64,000 nucleotides of DNA from Methanobacteriota archaeon (GTDB taxonomy: Archaea > JAADCQ01 > Methanopyri > Methanopyrales > Methanopyraceae): NCBI GenBank assembly GCA_027064425.1, contig JAMOPO010000015.1, positions 32,001-96,000 on the forward strand. The letters run 5' to 3'. Below, one piece after another: positions 18,253 through 28,119 of the stretch (position 1 is the first letter of the stretch; each line of letters starts with the position of its first letter). The notes below the pieces were generated by a model that saw nothing but the letters and a program-made list of their open reading frames with translations, made no database searches and was not told the origin of the DNA. The translations under genes and the position numbers were made by a program.

Positions 18253-19194
18253 ATGTCCGAGCCCCGGGTGGGGGTCCTCTCGGGAGGCACGGGAACACCC
18301 AAGCTGCTGCGCGGGCTTCGGGAGCTGGACGCGAACTTCTTCGTGATCGTAAACACCGGCGAGGACCGCGAGGTGCTGGGCCTTTACGTCTCGCCGGACG
18401 TGGACACGGTGCTGTACACCCTGGCCGGGATCATCAACGATGAGACCTGGTACGGGGTTCGCGGCGACACCTTCCGGGGGCACGAGTTCCTGGAAGAGGA
18501 GCTGGATGTGGACGAGTTGCTCAGGATCGGGGACGTGGACCGAGCGTTCAAGCAGTACCGCACGTACCTCATGGAGCGTAAGGGGATGAGCCTCTCGGAG
18601 GCCGTCGATGAGCTCCGTCGCCGCCTCGGGATCAAGTGGAAGGTTTACCCCATGACCGACGACCGCGTCGTTACGATCATCGTGACGGACGAGGGCGAGA
18701 TGCACTTCCACGAGTTCTGGGTGGAGAAGAGGGGCCAGCCGGCCGTCAAGGACGTCAGGTACGAGGGGGCGGAAGAGGCGTCGGCACCCCCAAAGGCCGT
18801 GGACGACCTGCTGCGGGCGGACGTCGTGCTCATCGGGCCCAGCAACCCCGTGACCAGCATCGGCCCCATCCTCTCCGTCTCGGACATCCGGCACGCCGTC
18901 CGGGAGAAGCCCGTCGTGCTCGTCTCGCCCTTCATCGGTAACGAGCCCGTCAGCGGCCCCGCCGGGAAGCTGATGCGGGCGGTGGGGTTCGAGCCCAACG
19001 TGCGAGGGCTGGTCGAGTACTACCGGGGGTGGGGCATAGATCCCGACGTGCTGATCATGGACGAGCGGGACGACGTCGAGCCGCCCGGAGACGTGGAGGT
19101 GGTGCGCACGGACACGATTATGAAAACGGAGGAGGACTCGATCCGGCTGGCCAAGGAGGTGATGAGCGTCCTCCGGGAGGTTGCGGGATCTTGA
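18253..19194 (+). CDS. cofD: 2-phospho-L-lactate transferase (F420 biosynthesis)
   Basis: LSGGTGTPKL, VNTGED, SPDVDTVLY, GPSNPVTSIGPIL, PVSGPA. Confidence 0.96.
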   Translation: MSEPRVGVLSGGTGTPKLLRGLRELDANFFVIVNTGEDREVLGLYVSPDVDTVLYTLAGIINDETWYGVRGDTFRGHEFLEEELDVDELLRIGDVDRAFKQYRTYLMERKGMSLSEAVDELRRRLGIKWKVYPMTDDRVVTIIVTDEGEMHFHEFWVEKRGQPAVKDVRYEGAEEASAPPKAVDDLLRADVVLIGPSNPVTSIGPILSVSDIRHAVREKPVVLVSPFIGNEPVSGPAGKLMRAVGFEPNVRGLVEYYRGWGIDPDVLIMDERDDVEPPGDVEVVRTDTIMKTEEDSIRLAKEVMSVLREVAGS

Positions 19195-19895
19195 GGACGG
19201 CATGGATGATAACGCTCGCCGCCCTAGCCCTCGCGGCCGCCGCGCTCGGGGTCGGGTGGTACATGCTCTCGAGTCCGGGGGAGCCCGAGGTGCCGGTCAA
19301 GGCCAAGATCGAGCTCCCCAAGCCGATGAGACTGGAGATGCCGCTCACCGAGGCACTCGAGAAGCGCCGCTCCATTCGGAAGTACAAGCAGGAGCCCATC
19401 ACACTCCGCGAGCTCTCGACCGTGCTGTGGGCGGCCCAGGGTATCACGGACCCGCGAGGCTTCCGGACGGCCCCCAGCGCCGGCGCGCTGTATCCGCTCA
19501 GGATCTTCGTCGTGGTCAAGAACGTGAAGGGCCTCGAGCCGGGCATCTACGTGTACGATCCCAAGTCCAACACGCTGGGCTTGGTCAAGCGCGGCGACTT
19601 CCACCTGCAGCTGCAGCGGGCGTGCCTGGACCAGGAGTGGGTTGGGCAGGCGGCCGTGAACATCGTCATCGTCGGCTACGAGCGCGTCCTGCGGCCCCGG
19701 TACGGCGACCGATCCTTCCGGTACATGGCGCTGGAGGCCGGCCACGTCGGTCAGAACATCTACCTGGCCTGCACGGCGATGGGTCTGGGCACCGTGGCCA
19801 TCGGCGCCTTCCACGACGATCAGGTGAAGAGGATACTCGGGGTTAAGGAAAAGGACGCGGTCCCGCTCTACGTGTTCCCGATCGGGCGCAGGTGA
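19191..19895 (+). CDS. SagB/ThcOx-family nitroreductase with an N-terminal TM helix
   Basis: RRSIRKY, RTAPSAGALYP, EAGHVGQNIYL, GAFHDD. Confidence 0.9.
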   Translation: MRTAWMITLAALALAAAALGVGWYMLSSPGEPEVPVKAKIELPKPMRLEMPLTEALEKRRSIRKYKQEPITLRELSTVLWAAQGITDPRGFRTAPSAGALYPLRIFVVVKNVKGLEPGIYVYDPKSNTLGLVKRGDFHLQLQRACLDQEWVGQAAVNIVIVGYERVLRPRYGDRSFRYMALEAGHVGQNIYLACTAMGLGTVAIGAFHDDQVKRILGVKEKDAVPLYVFPIGRR

Positions 19896-20491
19896 GGGAG
19901 GCGGGGTTGGGCGTTCGCGTCCGTGACGTCCTGAACTACCGAGGTCTGAGACTCCTCGTGTTCGAGCACGTGTACCCGCCCTCCGACGACTCCTTCCTCC
20001 TGGCCGAGCACCAGGGGGTCGCGCGTGGCGACCGCGTCCTCGACGTCGGCACCGGTTGCGGTATCCAGGCACTCCTCGCCGCCGACCGCGGCTGCGAGGT
20101 GGTGGCCGTCGACGTCAACCCCGCGGCCGTGCTCTGCGCCCGATGGAACGCCCTGCTGAACGAGCTGGAGGTGCTCACGCTGGAGGGGGACCTGTTCGAG
20201 CCCGTCGCGGGCGAGCGCTTCGACGTCGTGCTGTTCAACCCGCCGTACCTGCCCGGACGCGAGCTTCCCCGGGACGATCCGCTCTCGAGGGCCACCGAGG
20301 ACCCGGCCGTGATCGAGCGCTTCCTCCGGGGACTGGCGGATCGGGAGGTGGAGTGGGAGGAAGCGAGGATCGTAGTCTCCTCTCTGACCCCGGAGGAGTA
20401 CTTGAAACCGCTGGACGAGTTCGAGGTCGAGGTCGTGGCCAGGAAGCGCCTGTTTTTTGAGGAGCTCAGAGTCCTGGTGCTGAGACCGTAG
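19892..20491 (+). CDS. HemK2/Mtq2-family methyltransferase
   Basis: VYPPSDDSFLL, DVGTGCG, FNPPY. Confidence 0.9.
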   Translation: MREAGLGVRVRDVLNYRGLRLLVFEHVYPPSDDSFLLAEHQGVARGDRVLDVGTGCGIQALLAADRGCEVVAVDVNPAAVLCARWNALLNELEVLTLEGDLFEPVAGERFDVVLFNPPYLPGRELPRDDPLSRATEDPAVIERFLRGLADREVEWEEARIVVSSLTPEEYLKPLDEFEVEVVARKRLFFEELRVLVLRP

Positions 20492-20503
20492 GGGGGACGC
20501 TCG

Positions 20504-20815
20504 ATGTACGTGCTCGTGTACTCGACCGCGGGCGACAAGGAGGAGGCGAAGCGAATCGCCAGGAAGCTGGTGGAGGAAGGGCTCGCGGCCTGCGTTAACG
20601 TTTGGCCGATCGAGTCCGTTTACGAGTGGGAGGGTGAGATTGAGGAGGACGAGGAGGTGGCGCTGCTCGTCAAGACCACCGCGGAGAAGGCCGGCGAGGT
20701 GGTGGAGAGGATCGTGGAGCTGCACTCCTACGACGTACCGGCGGTGCTCGTCGTGCCAGTGCTGGGCGGCCATGAGGAGTTCCTAAAGTGGGTCAGGGAG
20801 CAGACCGCTCCCTGA
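20504..20815 (+). CDS. cutA: Divalent-cation tolerance protein CutA
   Basis: LAACVN, SVYEWEG, LVKT, HSYDVP. Confidence 0.95.
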   Translation: MYVLVYSTAGDKEEAKRIARKLVEEGLAACVNVWPIESVYEWEGEIEEDEEVALLVKTTAEKAGEVVERIVELHSYDVPAVLVVPVLGGHEEFLKWVREQTAP

Positions 20816-22163
20816 GCAGCTCCAGCACCGCGTCCAGCTTCCGCTCCGCCTCTTCCCACGCCCGGCGGACCTTCTCCTTCATCTCCTCGAAATCCTCCGG
20901 GCGCTCCTCGCCGATGACCCGCTTCACCTTGGTGTAGGCGGCCTCCCGGAACTTGACGTCCACCCGCTCCTCGCGTCCGTCGCGCTCCAGGTACACTCCC
21001 TCGCCCTCCTCAACGCGCCCCACGACGTCCGCCTCGATCCCGGCATCGCGCAGGACCTCGACGCAGCGCTCCGCAACCTCTTCCGGAGCGATGACCATCA
21101 GCATGTCCAGCGAGAGGCCCAGGTAGTCGATCCCCAGCTCGTCGAGCATTTTCATGACCCGGTCGTTCACGAGGCTCCGGACCCGTCCCTCGTCGAAGAC
21201 CAGCCGCACGCCGGCGGTCTCGGAGATCTCCGTCGCGTCACCGCGGATCCCGCCATTGGTGATGTCGGTCATGGCGTGAACCTCGGGCAGCAAATCGGCC
21301 TCTCGGAGTGCCTCCACCGCGCGGACGAAGTCCACGTTCAGGGTCTCCTTAACGACGTCGTAGTACCCGTGGTAAATCGCCGTCGTGGAGATTGTGCCGC
21401 CGCCCGCCCCCTCCGTGAGCACGATTAGATCCCCGGGCTCGGCCCTCCGACGTGGGGTCAGCTCCTCCGGCTTGGCCGCTCCCACGCACGCCACGCCCGC
21501 GACGAGCCTCCGACCGTGCACCATGTCGCCGCCGACGCGGAGCGTGCTTCCGGCCAGGATCGGAACGCCCGTGGCCGCGCAGACGGCCGCGACCCCGGCG
21601 GTGAAGTCGAAGAGCCGGCCCACGTCGCCGTCGTCGGCCAGGTGCAGGTCAACCAGGACTCCGACCGCTCGCGCGCCGTTGACCAGCACGTCCCGCATGG
21701 CCGCCCTGGTCGCGTGGAACCCGGCAAGGAACGGGAACTCGCTCAACCGGGAGTGCATCCCGTCCACGGCGCTCACGATCACCTGCTCTCCCTCTCGGAT
21801 CTCGGTCGCCCCGGCGTCGTCCCGCTCCTCGGGGGACACCAGGGCACCCTTGGAGGCCCGGGCGGCCAGCTTCGTCAGCAGCTCGTGGACGAAGAAGTCG
21901 CCCTCACCCCGAGAGCCCACGCCCATCTCGCCCATTGTGACGCCGGAGGACGGGGGTTTGAAGAGCCGGCCGAGCTCGCCCTCGAGCTCGTGCGCCCGGC
22001 GAACGTGCCGCACCTCGTCCAGGACGGCGGACACGAACTCTTCCACTTTCTCGTCGGACCAGTCCGACTTCCAGATCCTGACCAGGCGCTTCAGCCACTC
22101 CTCGACCTCCTCCTCGTCAGCACCGGACTCGAGCAGGTGCAAGGCGAGGCCTTCCAGGTCCAT
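20793..22163 (-). CDS. AIR synthase-related (HypE/PurM-like) methanogen protein
   Basis: MGEMGVGSRGEGDF, DDAG, DGMHSRLS, MTDITNGGIRGD. Confidence 0.85.
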   Translation of the reverse strand: MDLEGLALHLLESGADEEEVEEWLKRLVRIWKSDWSDEKVEEFVSAVLDEVRHVRRAHELEGELGRLFKPPSSGVTMGEMGVGSRGEGDFFVHELLTKLAARASKGALVSPEERDDAGATEIREGEQVIVSAVDGMHSRLSEFPFLAGFHATRAAMRDVLVNGARAVGVLVDLHLADDGDVGRLFDFTAGVAAVCAATGVPILAGSTLRVGGDMVHGRRLVAGVACVGAAKPEELTPRRRAEPGDLIVLTEGAGGGTISTTAIYHGYYDVVKETLNVDFVRAVEALREADLLPEVHAMTDITNGGIRGDATEISETAGVRLVFDEGRVRSLVNDRVMKMLDELGIDYLGLSLDMLMVIAPEEVAERCVEVLRDAGIEADVVGRVEEGEGVYLERDGREERVDVKFREAAYTKVKRVIGEERPEDFEEMKEKVRRAWEEAERKLDAVLELLRERSAP

Positions 22164-22165
22164 GG

Positions 22166-22672
22166 TCAGTCGCCCCGCGGCAGCCCGGTGAGCTCAGATA
22201 GCACCCTCTCCAGGGACCACTCTCGCGCCTCCTCCGGCAGCTCCGCAGCCCGCCTGAGGGGCTCGCCCAGGAGCTCCGCCGCGAGCATTCTCAGGGCCCG
22301 GGTGACCCGGGGCTTACCGGTGGAGATCGCGAGTAGGGCGTCCCCCCGCCTTAGCACCGAGGGGAACCTCACCCGGGGCTCGTCGACGTCGACCCTGTTG
22401 ACCAAGGGCAGCTCGCTCTCCAGCCGTGCGTTGAGGTCCGGGTCGTCGGTGGCTGCCACGTACAGATCCGCCTCGGGCAGGTCGTCCGGGGACTCGACCC
22501 GACGCCGGAGGTGGTCCGCGCCCAGATCGTCCACCCAGTCCGGCCGGTCTGGCGAGACGACGGTTACATCCACCCCGAGGTCGACCAGCGTCCGAGCCTT
22601 GCGCCGGGCCACGTTCCCCGCGCCCACGATCACGGCCCGGTCCACGTCGACCACCAGCGGGACGTAGGGCAC
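22166..22672 (-). CDS. Precorrin-2 dehydrogenase (SirC / CysG N-terminal type)
   Basis: IVGAGNVARRKA, AATDDPDLN, VNRVD, AISTG. Confidence 0.85.
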   Translation of the reverse strand: MPYVPLVVDVDRAVIVGAGNVARRKARTLVDLGVDVTVVSPDRPDWVDDLGADHLRRRVESPDDLPEADLYVAATDDPDLNARLESELPLVNRVDVDEPRVRFPSVLRRGDALLAISTGKPRVTRALRMLAAELLGEPLRRAAELPEEAREWSLERVLSELTGLPRGD

Positions 22673-22683
22673 GCCGGGACCCC

Positions 22684-23457
22684 CTAGGCGTTGGGGATCT
22701 TGCGGTCCCACTTCGGCTCCTTGAGGAGCTTCTGGCCGTACACCTCCCGGCGCCGCTCCGGGCTCATTCGGAGCAGCTCCTTGATCAGCTCCGGCGCATC
22801 CTTGGGTTTGACGCGCAGGTTCGGGTTGAGCCGCGGCGTTCCGATTACCCCGTGCACGTCCACGGGGATGAGGCCCAGGTACTCGCCGCTGGTCATGTCG
22901 AACGAGGCGGCGATGCCCAGGCTGGCCTCACCGCGCAGCAGGGTCCGTTGGACGGCCTCGAACCCGCAGACGTACTCGTCGACCGACGGCTCGACGATCT
23001 CGTAGCCGGCCATCTCCAGGATCTCGCGGAGCTCCTTGTCGTACTTCCGGGCCGCCTTGCAGCGGCGCTCTGGCATCACGATCTTCCGGGTGCCGCGCTC
23101 CTCCGGGATGGGCTCGGTATCGCCCGGCTCCTCCTTCTCCACGTCGGGGAACAGCTCGAACACCTTGTCGATGGTCTCCTCCGGCCCACCCACAACCAGG
23201 ACGTCGTCCCCGGGCTTCGCCTTGACCAGCTGAGCCACCCACGGGGTGATGCAGGTGGAGGAGAGGCACCCCTCCGGGGTCACCGTCCCGGTGATCGCGT
23301 TGCCGTTGACGCTCGTCTTGAACCCGATCAGCCGCTTCAGCTCGAAGTGGAGGTGCATGGGGGCGTGGCCGGTTCGGAACACGTAGATCCGGTCCGGCTC
23401 TCCCATGAACAGCCAGCGCGGGTCCAGCTCGTCGGTCACGTCCACGTACACCGTCAA
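22684..23457 (-). CDS. Hypothetical protein
   Basis: 257 aa, strong genome-typical codon use, inside a coupled minus-strand run; no family recognised. Confidence 0.7.
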   Translation of the reverse strand: MTVYVDVTDELDPRWLFMGEPDRIYVFRTGHAPMHLHFELKRLIGFKTSVNGNAITGTVTPEGCLSSTCITPWVAQLVKAKPGDDVLVVGGPEETIDKVFELFPDVEKEEPGDTEPIPEERGTRKIVMPERRCKAARKYDKELREILEMAGYEIVEPSVDEYVCGFEAVQRTLLRGEASLGIAASFDMTSGEYLGLIPVDVHGVIGTPRLNPNLRVKPKDAPELIKELLRMSPERRREVYGQKLLKEPKWDRKIPNA

Positions 23458-23460
23458 CGG

Positions 23461-24522
23461 TCAGGAGCCCCTGGTAAGGTAGATCGCGGGTCCGTAGGCC
23501 GGGATCATTCGATCGGGTACCTCGCGGGGTTCGCGGCCCAGCCCGAACTCGGACTTCCGGGGTCCGAGCCCGATCACGTCCTCCACCTCGTCCCAGTCCA
23601 CCGGTGAGACGTTGTGGCACCCGTGACCGCCGTCTCGGTACACCTCCTCACTCTCCAGCCGGCCCTCGACGAACGCCCGGATCTGCTCCTCGAACCGGGA
23701 GCGGTCCAGCAGCTCGGTGTGGTGCTCGTACACGCCTACCACGCGCTCGTCCTCGAACAGGAAGGCCGTAACGTGCCCCGTCCCGTAGTCGATCACCAGC
23801 AGCCGCTCCGCCTCCGACTCGACCCGACCGAGCACCGCCACCGGGAGCTTCGAGTCCATCACGACGGGCTCGGCGTCGACGCGCTTCAGCTCCTCGTACG
23901 CGGCCCGCAGGCGTGGGAAGCTCCTCGGAGGCTTCTCGTCGAACATCATGTCCTCGGGTCGGCACCCACTCTCGCCCAGGTACTCGCGGAAGAGCCGCTC
24001 GAACCGGTGCTTACGGTTCGAGTCGTAGCTCGGGTGGTAACCGTGATCCTGGACGCACGCCGCGACCCACTCCAGCCCGTCCAGTCCCACACCCTCCGCC
24101 TCGAGGAACTCGAACAGCCTGCGCGCCCGGAAGTCGTACGTCTCGATCACCTCGGCCTCGTTCGGGATCTCGCTCCGGTCCTCGACCAGCTCCAGCCCGT
24201 CCATTCGCCGGAGCTCCTCCACGTCGTTGCTCAGGGTGAGTGCGGCGGGGAGCTCCGCGTAGACCGTCGTACCGGCCCTCATCAGCCGGCGGATCTCCTT
24301 GGTGATGGGCCCGCCGCCCATCGGCTGGCCCACGAGCCCGAGCGCCTCGGGCGGGGACTCCCGGTAGCGGCGCAGCCGTCGGGCGAGCACCGAGACGCGG
24401 GAGGGCAGGACGAGCCGGGCCGAGTACTCGGGGTCACCCGTGTACGCGACGACGTCCGTCGTCCCCACCCCCACGTCGATCACGACGCACTCGGCGTCCC
24501 ACGGGCGGGACGCGGGTTCCAC
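23461..24522 (-). CDS. DUF1786 family protein (ASKHA/actin-like fold)
   Basis: IDVGVGTTD, MGGGP, VQDHG, SNRKHRF, DYGTGH, YEHHT, DGGHG. Confidence 0.85.
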   Translation of the reverse strand: MEPASRPWDAECVVIDVGVGTTDVVAYTGDPEYSARLVLPSRVSVLARRLRRYRESPPEALGLVGQPMGGGPITKEIRRLMRAGTTVYAELPAALTLSNDVEELRRMDGLELVEDRSEIPNEAEVIETYDFRARRLFEFLEAEGVGLDGLEWVAACVQDHGYHPSYDSNRKHRFERLFREYLGESGCRPEDMMFDEKPPRSFPRLRAAYEELKRVDAEPVVMDSKLPVAVLGRVESEAERLLVIDYGTGHVTAFLFEDERVVGVYEHHTELLDRSRFEEQIRAFVEGRLESEEVYRDGGHGCHNVSPVDWDEVEDVIGLGPRKSEFGLGREPREVPDRMIPAYGPAIYLTRGS

Positions 24523-25105
24523 GGAACTCCGCCCCCTCCAGCGCGCGAAGCAGGTCCGCCGGGCTCGAGGCGTCGACGACCCGGAGCTCGAGTCCGCTCT
24601 TTAAGGCTATCCTCGGCGCCCACGGGTCGATGGCGGTCCACCGATCGACCAGCTCCCCGGCCGGCACCTCCTCGATCACGCGACCCCGCTCGTCCAGGAT
24701 GCCGGGGACATCCTTGGCGTAGACCACCCGGTCGGCACCGATCTGCGCCGCGACCCAGGCGGCGATGGCGTCGGACGTCACGTCCCAGGAGTGCGGCAGC
24801 GGGTCCCTCTCGCGGAGCACCCTGTACGGGAGCAGCACCGCCTTCCCCTCCACCCTCAGGTCCTCGGTGGTGGGAAGGTCCAGGAGCTCGGAGAGGATCA
24901 GGCCGAGCTGGTCCATCGCCATGATGGCGGCCCAGTGCGCCGCCTCGTCGGAGAACCCGAGCTCCCGCTGAGCCTCCCGAACGGCGTCCGAGAACTTCCA
25001 GCCGCCGGGAACGATCAGCAGCTCCCCGCTGAACTCTCGCACGGCCTCCTTGACGGACTCGATGTGCTTCACGACGCCCGTGCCGGTCTTGAGCACGACC
25101 CTCAA
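24434..25105 (-). CDS. mfnE: Amino-acid kinase family, MfnE-like (methanofuran biosynthesis)
   Basis: VPGG..FSDAVR, AHWAAIMAMDQ, LPHSWDVTSDAIA, KDVPGI. Confidence 0.8.
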   Translation of the reverse strand: MRVVLKTGTGVVKHIESVKEAVREFSGELLIVPGGWKFSDAVREAQRELGFSDEAAHWAAIMAMDQLGLILSELLDLPTTEDLRVEGKAVLLPYRVLRERDPLPHSWDVTSDAIAAWVAAQIGADRVVYAKDVPGILDERGRVIEEVPAGELVDRWTAIDPWAPRIALKSGLELRVVDASSPADLLRALEGAEFRGTRVPPVGRRVRRDRRGGGDDGRRRVHG

Positions 25106-25338
25106 CCCGACGCCAGCCCTTCGAGCTTCTGTCGGAGGATGCGGACGTCGGTCCGTTCCGTCTCGCTCTCGGAGTCCTCCTCGCGCTTCTTGAGGAACTT
25201 CAGCGCGCAGTCCACGTCGTCGCAGCGCTCGTAGACCTCCTCGACGATCCTGCGGACCCGCTTGGCGTTCTCAAGGTAGGGCCGCGCCTCCACGTAGGCC
25301 AGCATCAGGAGGTCCCTCAGCTCGCTCGAGGACGACAT
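25102..25338 (-). CDS. Small hypothetical protein
   Basis: 78 aa, helical and charged, stop overlaps the mfnE start. Confidence 0.55.
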   Translation of the reverse strand: MSSSSELRDLLMLAYVEARPYLENAKRVRRIVEEVYERCDDVDCALKFLKKREEDSESETERTDVRILRQKLEGLASG

Positions 25339-25762
25339 CTCTCACCACCCTGATCACCGTCCTGCCCGCCTCGAGGGCCTCCCGGGACATCCTCTCCCCC
25401 GGCCCCAGCCTGACGGGGGAGAACCCGATCAGCACCCGGACGTCCAGCCTCGCTAGCCCGACGCCGTGGCTTCCCAGGTCGCGCTCCGGGTCCGGATCGC
25501 GGATGACGGTGAGCGTCCCGGGCTCGAAGTCGCCCACCACGGCGTCGACCAGCACCACCGGGCCGTCGGGCGGGGGGAGCCGCTCCAGCCAGATCCCGGC
25601 CGGTACGGCGCGGAACCCGGGAGCTCGGAGCGGGGACAGCCGCCGGGCCACGTAGTATCCGAACGCGTCGTCGCCCGAGGCGGGGTTGCCCAGACCTACG
25701 AGCGTGAACCGGTCCGGCAGGTTCTCGCGGAGGACCCGTCTCAGCTCCCGTTGGCCGGGCAC
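25271..25762 (-). CDS. Hydrogenase maturation protease
   Basis: GLGN..SGDDAFG, VVLVDAV, PG, SHG. Confidence 0.8.
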   Translation of the reverse strand: MPGQRELRRVLRENLPDRFTLVGLGNPASGDDAFGYYVARRLSPLRAPGFRAVPAGIWLERLPPPDGPVVLVDAVVGDFEPGTLTVIRDPDPERDLGSHGVGLARLDVRVLIGFSPVRLGPGERMSREALEAGRTVIRVVRDVVLERAEGPPDAGLRGGAALP

Positions 25763-26877
25763 CCCTCCACCACCCGGGCCATCAGCCGGAGGAACTCGAT
25801 GACTCGATCGGCCGTCAGGTGCGGCATCATCACGATCCTGACCCCGAGCGGGTTGGCGGACACGGACACCTTCCACCCGTGCCGCTCTGCCTCCTCGAGC
25901 AGTCTCTCCGCCGTGCTCTCATCGTCCAGCAGCACGTTGACCAGGTTCAGGTGCGGCGGGTCCACGGCCAGCTCGAGCCCGAGCTCTTTGGCCGCGTCCA
26001 CGACCTTCAGCGTTTCCTCGTAGCAGGCGAGGGCGATGCGCTCGTACCCCTCCTCGCCGAGGGTCAGGATGTTGGCGTACAGCGCCAGAACCGGGGCGCC
26101 GGGCCGAGTTCCCACGATCGTGAACTGCCGCGACCCGCCGCCCGAGAGGTACGGAGCGTAGACCTCGATCTCGCGCGGGAGCTCCTCGTCCCGGAAGATG
26201 ATGCCGCCCGCGGGCGGTGGGACCAGGCCCATCTTGTGCGGGTCCACGGTGACCGACGTGACTCCCTCCAGGTCGAAACCGAAGCGTGGGAGGTCGCGGT
26301 GCTTGCGCAGGAACGGTGCCACGAACCCGCCGAACGCCGCGTCCACGTGGAGCGGGACTTCGTGGTCCTCCGCGATGTCAGACAGGGCCTCCACGTCGTC
26401 CACGGAGCCGGTCTCGGTGGTCCCCACAATCCCGACGATCAGGGCGGTATCCCGGGTGATAAGGTCCTGGACGGCGTCCACGTCGACGCGGTACTCCTCG
26501 TCCACGGGCGCTTCGACCAACCGCATCTTAAGCATGCGCGCCGCCTTCTCAAAGGAGAAGTGCCGGGTTTCGGGCACGATGATCTCCCGACCGCCGGTCA
26601 CCTCGCGGGCGGCGTAGGCGGCCAGGATGTTGGCCTCGGTACCGCCCGAGACGATGGCACCCACGGCCTCCTCCGGGGCGGGGTGGTCGAGCAGGACCTC
26701 CGCCATCCACCGCACGCACTCACGCTCGGCCTCGGCTGAGTTCGGAAACAGGTACGGATCGCCCAGGTTGACGTGCAGCGCCTCCCGGAAGGTGCGAAGG
26801 GCGACCGGATGAGGCTCCGTACACATCGAGCCGAGGATGGTACCGTCGGAGTACCGGGAGTCACGCTCCAGGATCAC
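25741..26877 (-). CDS. mfnA: L-tyrosine/L-aspartate decarboxylase (PLP-dependent)
   Basis: ILGSMCTEPHP, NLGDP.LF, SGGTEANI, HVDAAFGG, DPHKMG. Confidence 0.95.
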   Translation of the reverse strand: MILERDSRYSDGTILGSMCTEPHPVALRTFREALHVNLGDPYLFPNSAEAERECVRWMAEVLLDHPAPEEAVGAIVSGGTEANILAAYAAREVTGGREIIVPETRHFSFEKAARMLKMRLVEAPVDEEYRVDVDAVQDLITRDTALIVGIVGTTETGSVDDVEALSDIAEDHEVPLHVDAAFGGFVAPFLRKHRDLPRFGFDLEGVTSVTVDPHKMGLVPPPAGGIIFRDEELPREIEVYAPYLSGGGSRQFTIVGTRPGAPVLALYANILTLGEEGYERIALACYEETLKVVDAAKELGLELAVDPPHLNLVNVLLDDESTAERLLEEAERHGWKVSVSANPLGVRIVMMPHLTADRVIEFLRLMARVVEGCPANGS

Positions 26878-27674
26878 ACGTACTCGATCCGGTACTTCAC
26901 TCCCCTCCGCTCCGCCTTCTCCTTCGCCCTCCTCAGCATCGGCGAGGTGACCAGCACGAGGGCCCGAAGCCCCTTCATCGCAGCCATGATGGCGCCGCTG
27001 ATCACGCCGAACTTCAGGTCCGGTTCCACCTCCATCATGTTCAGTGCGGCCCGAGCGGCCGTGCCCACCGCGCCGATCAGGTCGTAGTCCTCCTCCTCGA
27101 GCAGCTCCTTTAACTTCTCCATGTCGATCTTCCTCGTCCCGCCCTCCCGGACGCTCGGGATGCATACGAACACCACCTCCCCGCGCTCGAGCCCGGGGAT
27201 CTCGCCCTCGATATTCGTGACGGGTACGTCCTGACCCTCCTTCGCGTCCGCCTTCGCCACGGCCTTAGCCGACGTCTTCTTGCTCTTGGACGCGTACAGA
27301 ATGCCGTCCTCCAGGTAGAGATACACCGTGTCGCCCTTCTCGATGTCCTCGGCGGCGATGGCCGCCCACGTCATTTGCTTGCCCAGCTCCTCCGCCACCC
27401 GGGTCGAGAACCTGCGGATGTTGTTGACCGACTCCAGCGCCCGCTCCGCTCCCTTGTCCGTCAGGACGTACTCCGCCCGGCCCTTCTTCTCCACGTACCC
27501 CTCCTCAATGAGCTCCTTCACGTAGTTGTGAACGGCCTGCAGGGAGACGCCCAGCTCCTCCCCGATGTCCCCCAGGTGCACCCGGGGCTGCTTCAGGCCA
27601 ATGTAGGCGAGGATGAGCGTCTTCATCAACTCCCGACGATCCTTGAGCTCGTCCGGAACCGAGACGGTCGTCAA
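26874..27674 (-). CDS. Winged-helix transcriptional regulator (COG1497-like)
   Basis: IGEELGVSLQAVHNYVKEL..GYV..GR..Y.LT.KG; WAAIA.EDI..G..V.L...DG.LYA. Confidence 0.85.
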   Translation of the reverse strand: MTTVSVPDELKDRRELMKTLILAYIGLKQPRVHLGDIGEELGVSLQAVHNYVKELIEEGYVEKKGRAEYVLTDKGAERALESVNNIRRFSTRVAEELGKQMTWAAIAAEDIEKGDTVYLYLEDGILYASKSKKTSAKAVAKADAKEGQDVPVTNIEGEIPGLERGEVVFVCIPSVREGGTRKIDMEKLKELLEEEDYDLIGAVGTAARAALNMMEVEPDLKFGVISGAIMAAMKGLRALVLVTSPMLRRAKEKAERRGVKYRIEYV

Positions 27675-27675
27675 G

Positions 27676-28119
27676 CTACTCCCCCTCCTCCGTCGACACG
27701 ACCGTCAGCCTGGCCTGCTCCACGCCCTTGATCCCGCGGATCCGCTTCGTAATCTCCGCGATCTTCTCCCCGGGACCCTTCATGAGCAGGACCTCGAGGC
27801 ATTTCTCCTCCGAAACGTGCACGTGGAGCGTGGTGATGATCACGTCCGCGAACTCGTGCTGCACCTTGACCAGCTCCGGCTCCGCCCGCTCATGTCGATA
27901 AACGTAAGACAGCACGCCGAAGTACTCGTCCTCCAGCCGATCCGTCCACTCAATCCGCTGCAGGTACTCACGCAGAGCCTGCCGGAAGATCTCCGAGCGG
28001 CTCGCGAAGTACCCTGACGCGATCAGCTCGTTGACCTTCTCCAGCAGCCCCTCAGGAACCGTCACGGAGGTTCGCACCAGGTTCTCCTCGTTCGATCGCG
28101 ATCCGTTCCCTCCCGACAC
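27676..28119 (-). CDS. nikR: Nickel-responsive regulator
   Basis: RHH domain with GYFASRSE; YRH, QH, HVH...CLEV metal site. Confidence 0.92.
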   Translation of the reverse strand: MSGGNGSRSNEENLVRTSVTVPEGLLEKVNELIASGYFASRSEIFRQALREYLQRIEWTDRLEDEYFGVLSYVYRHERAEPELVKVQHEFADVIITTLHVHVSEEKCLEVLLMKGPGEKIAEITKRIRGIKGVEQARLTVVSTEEGE

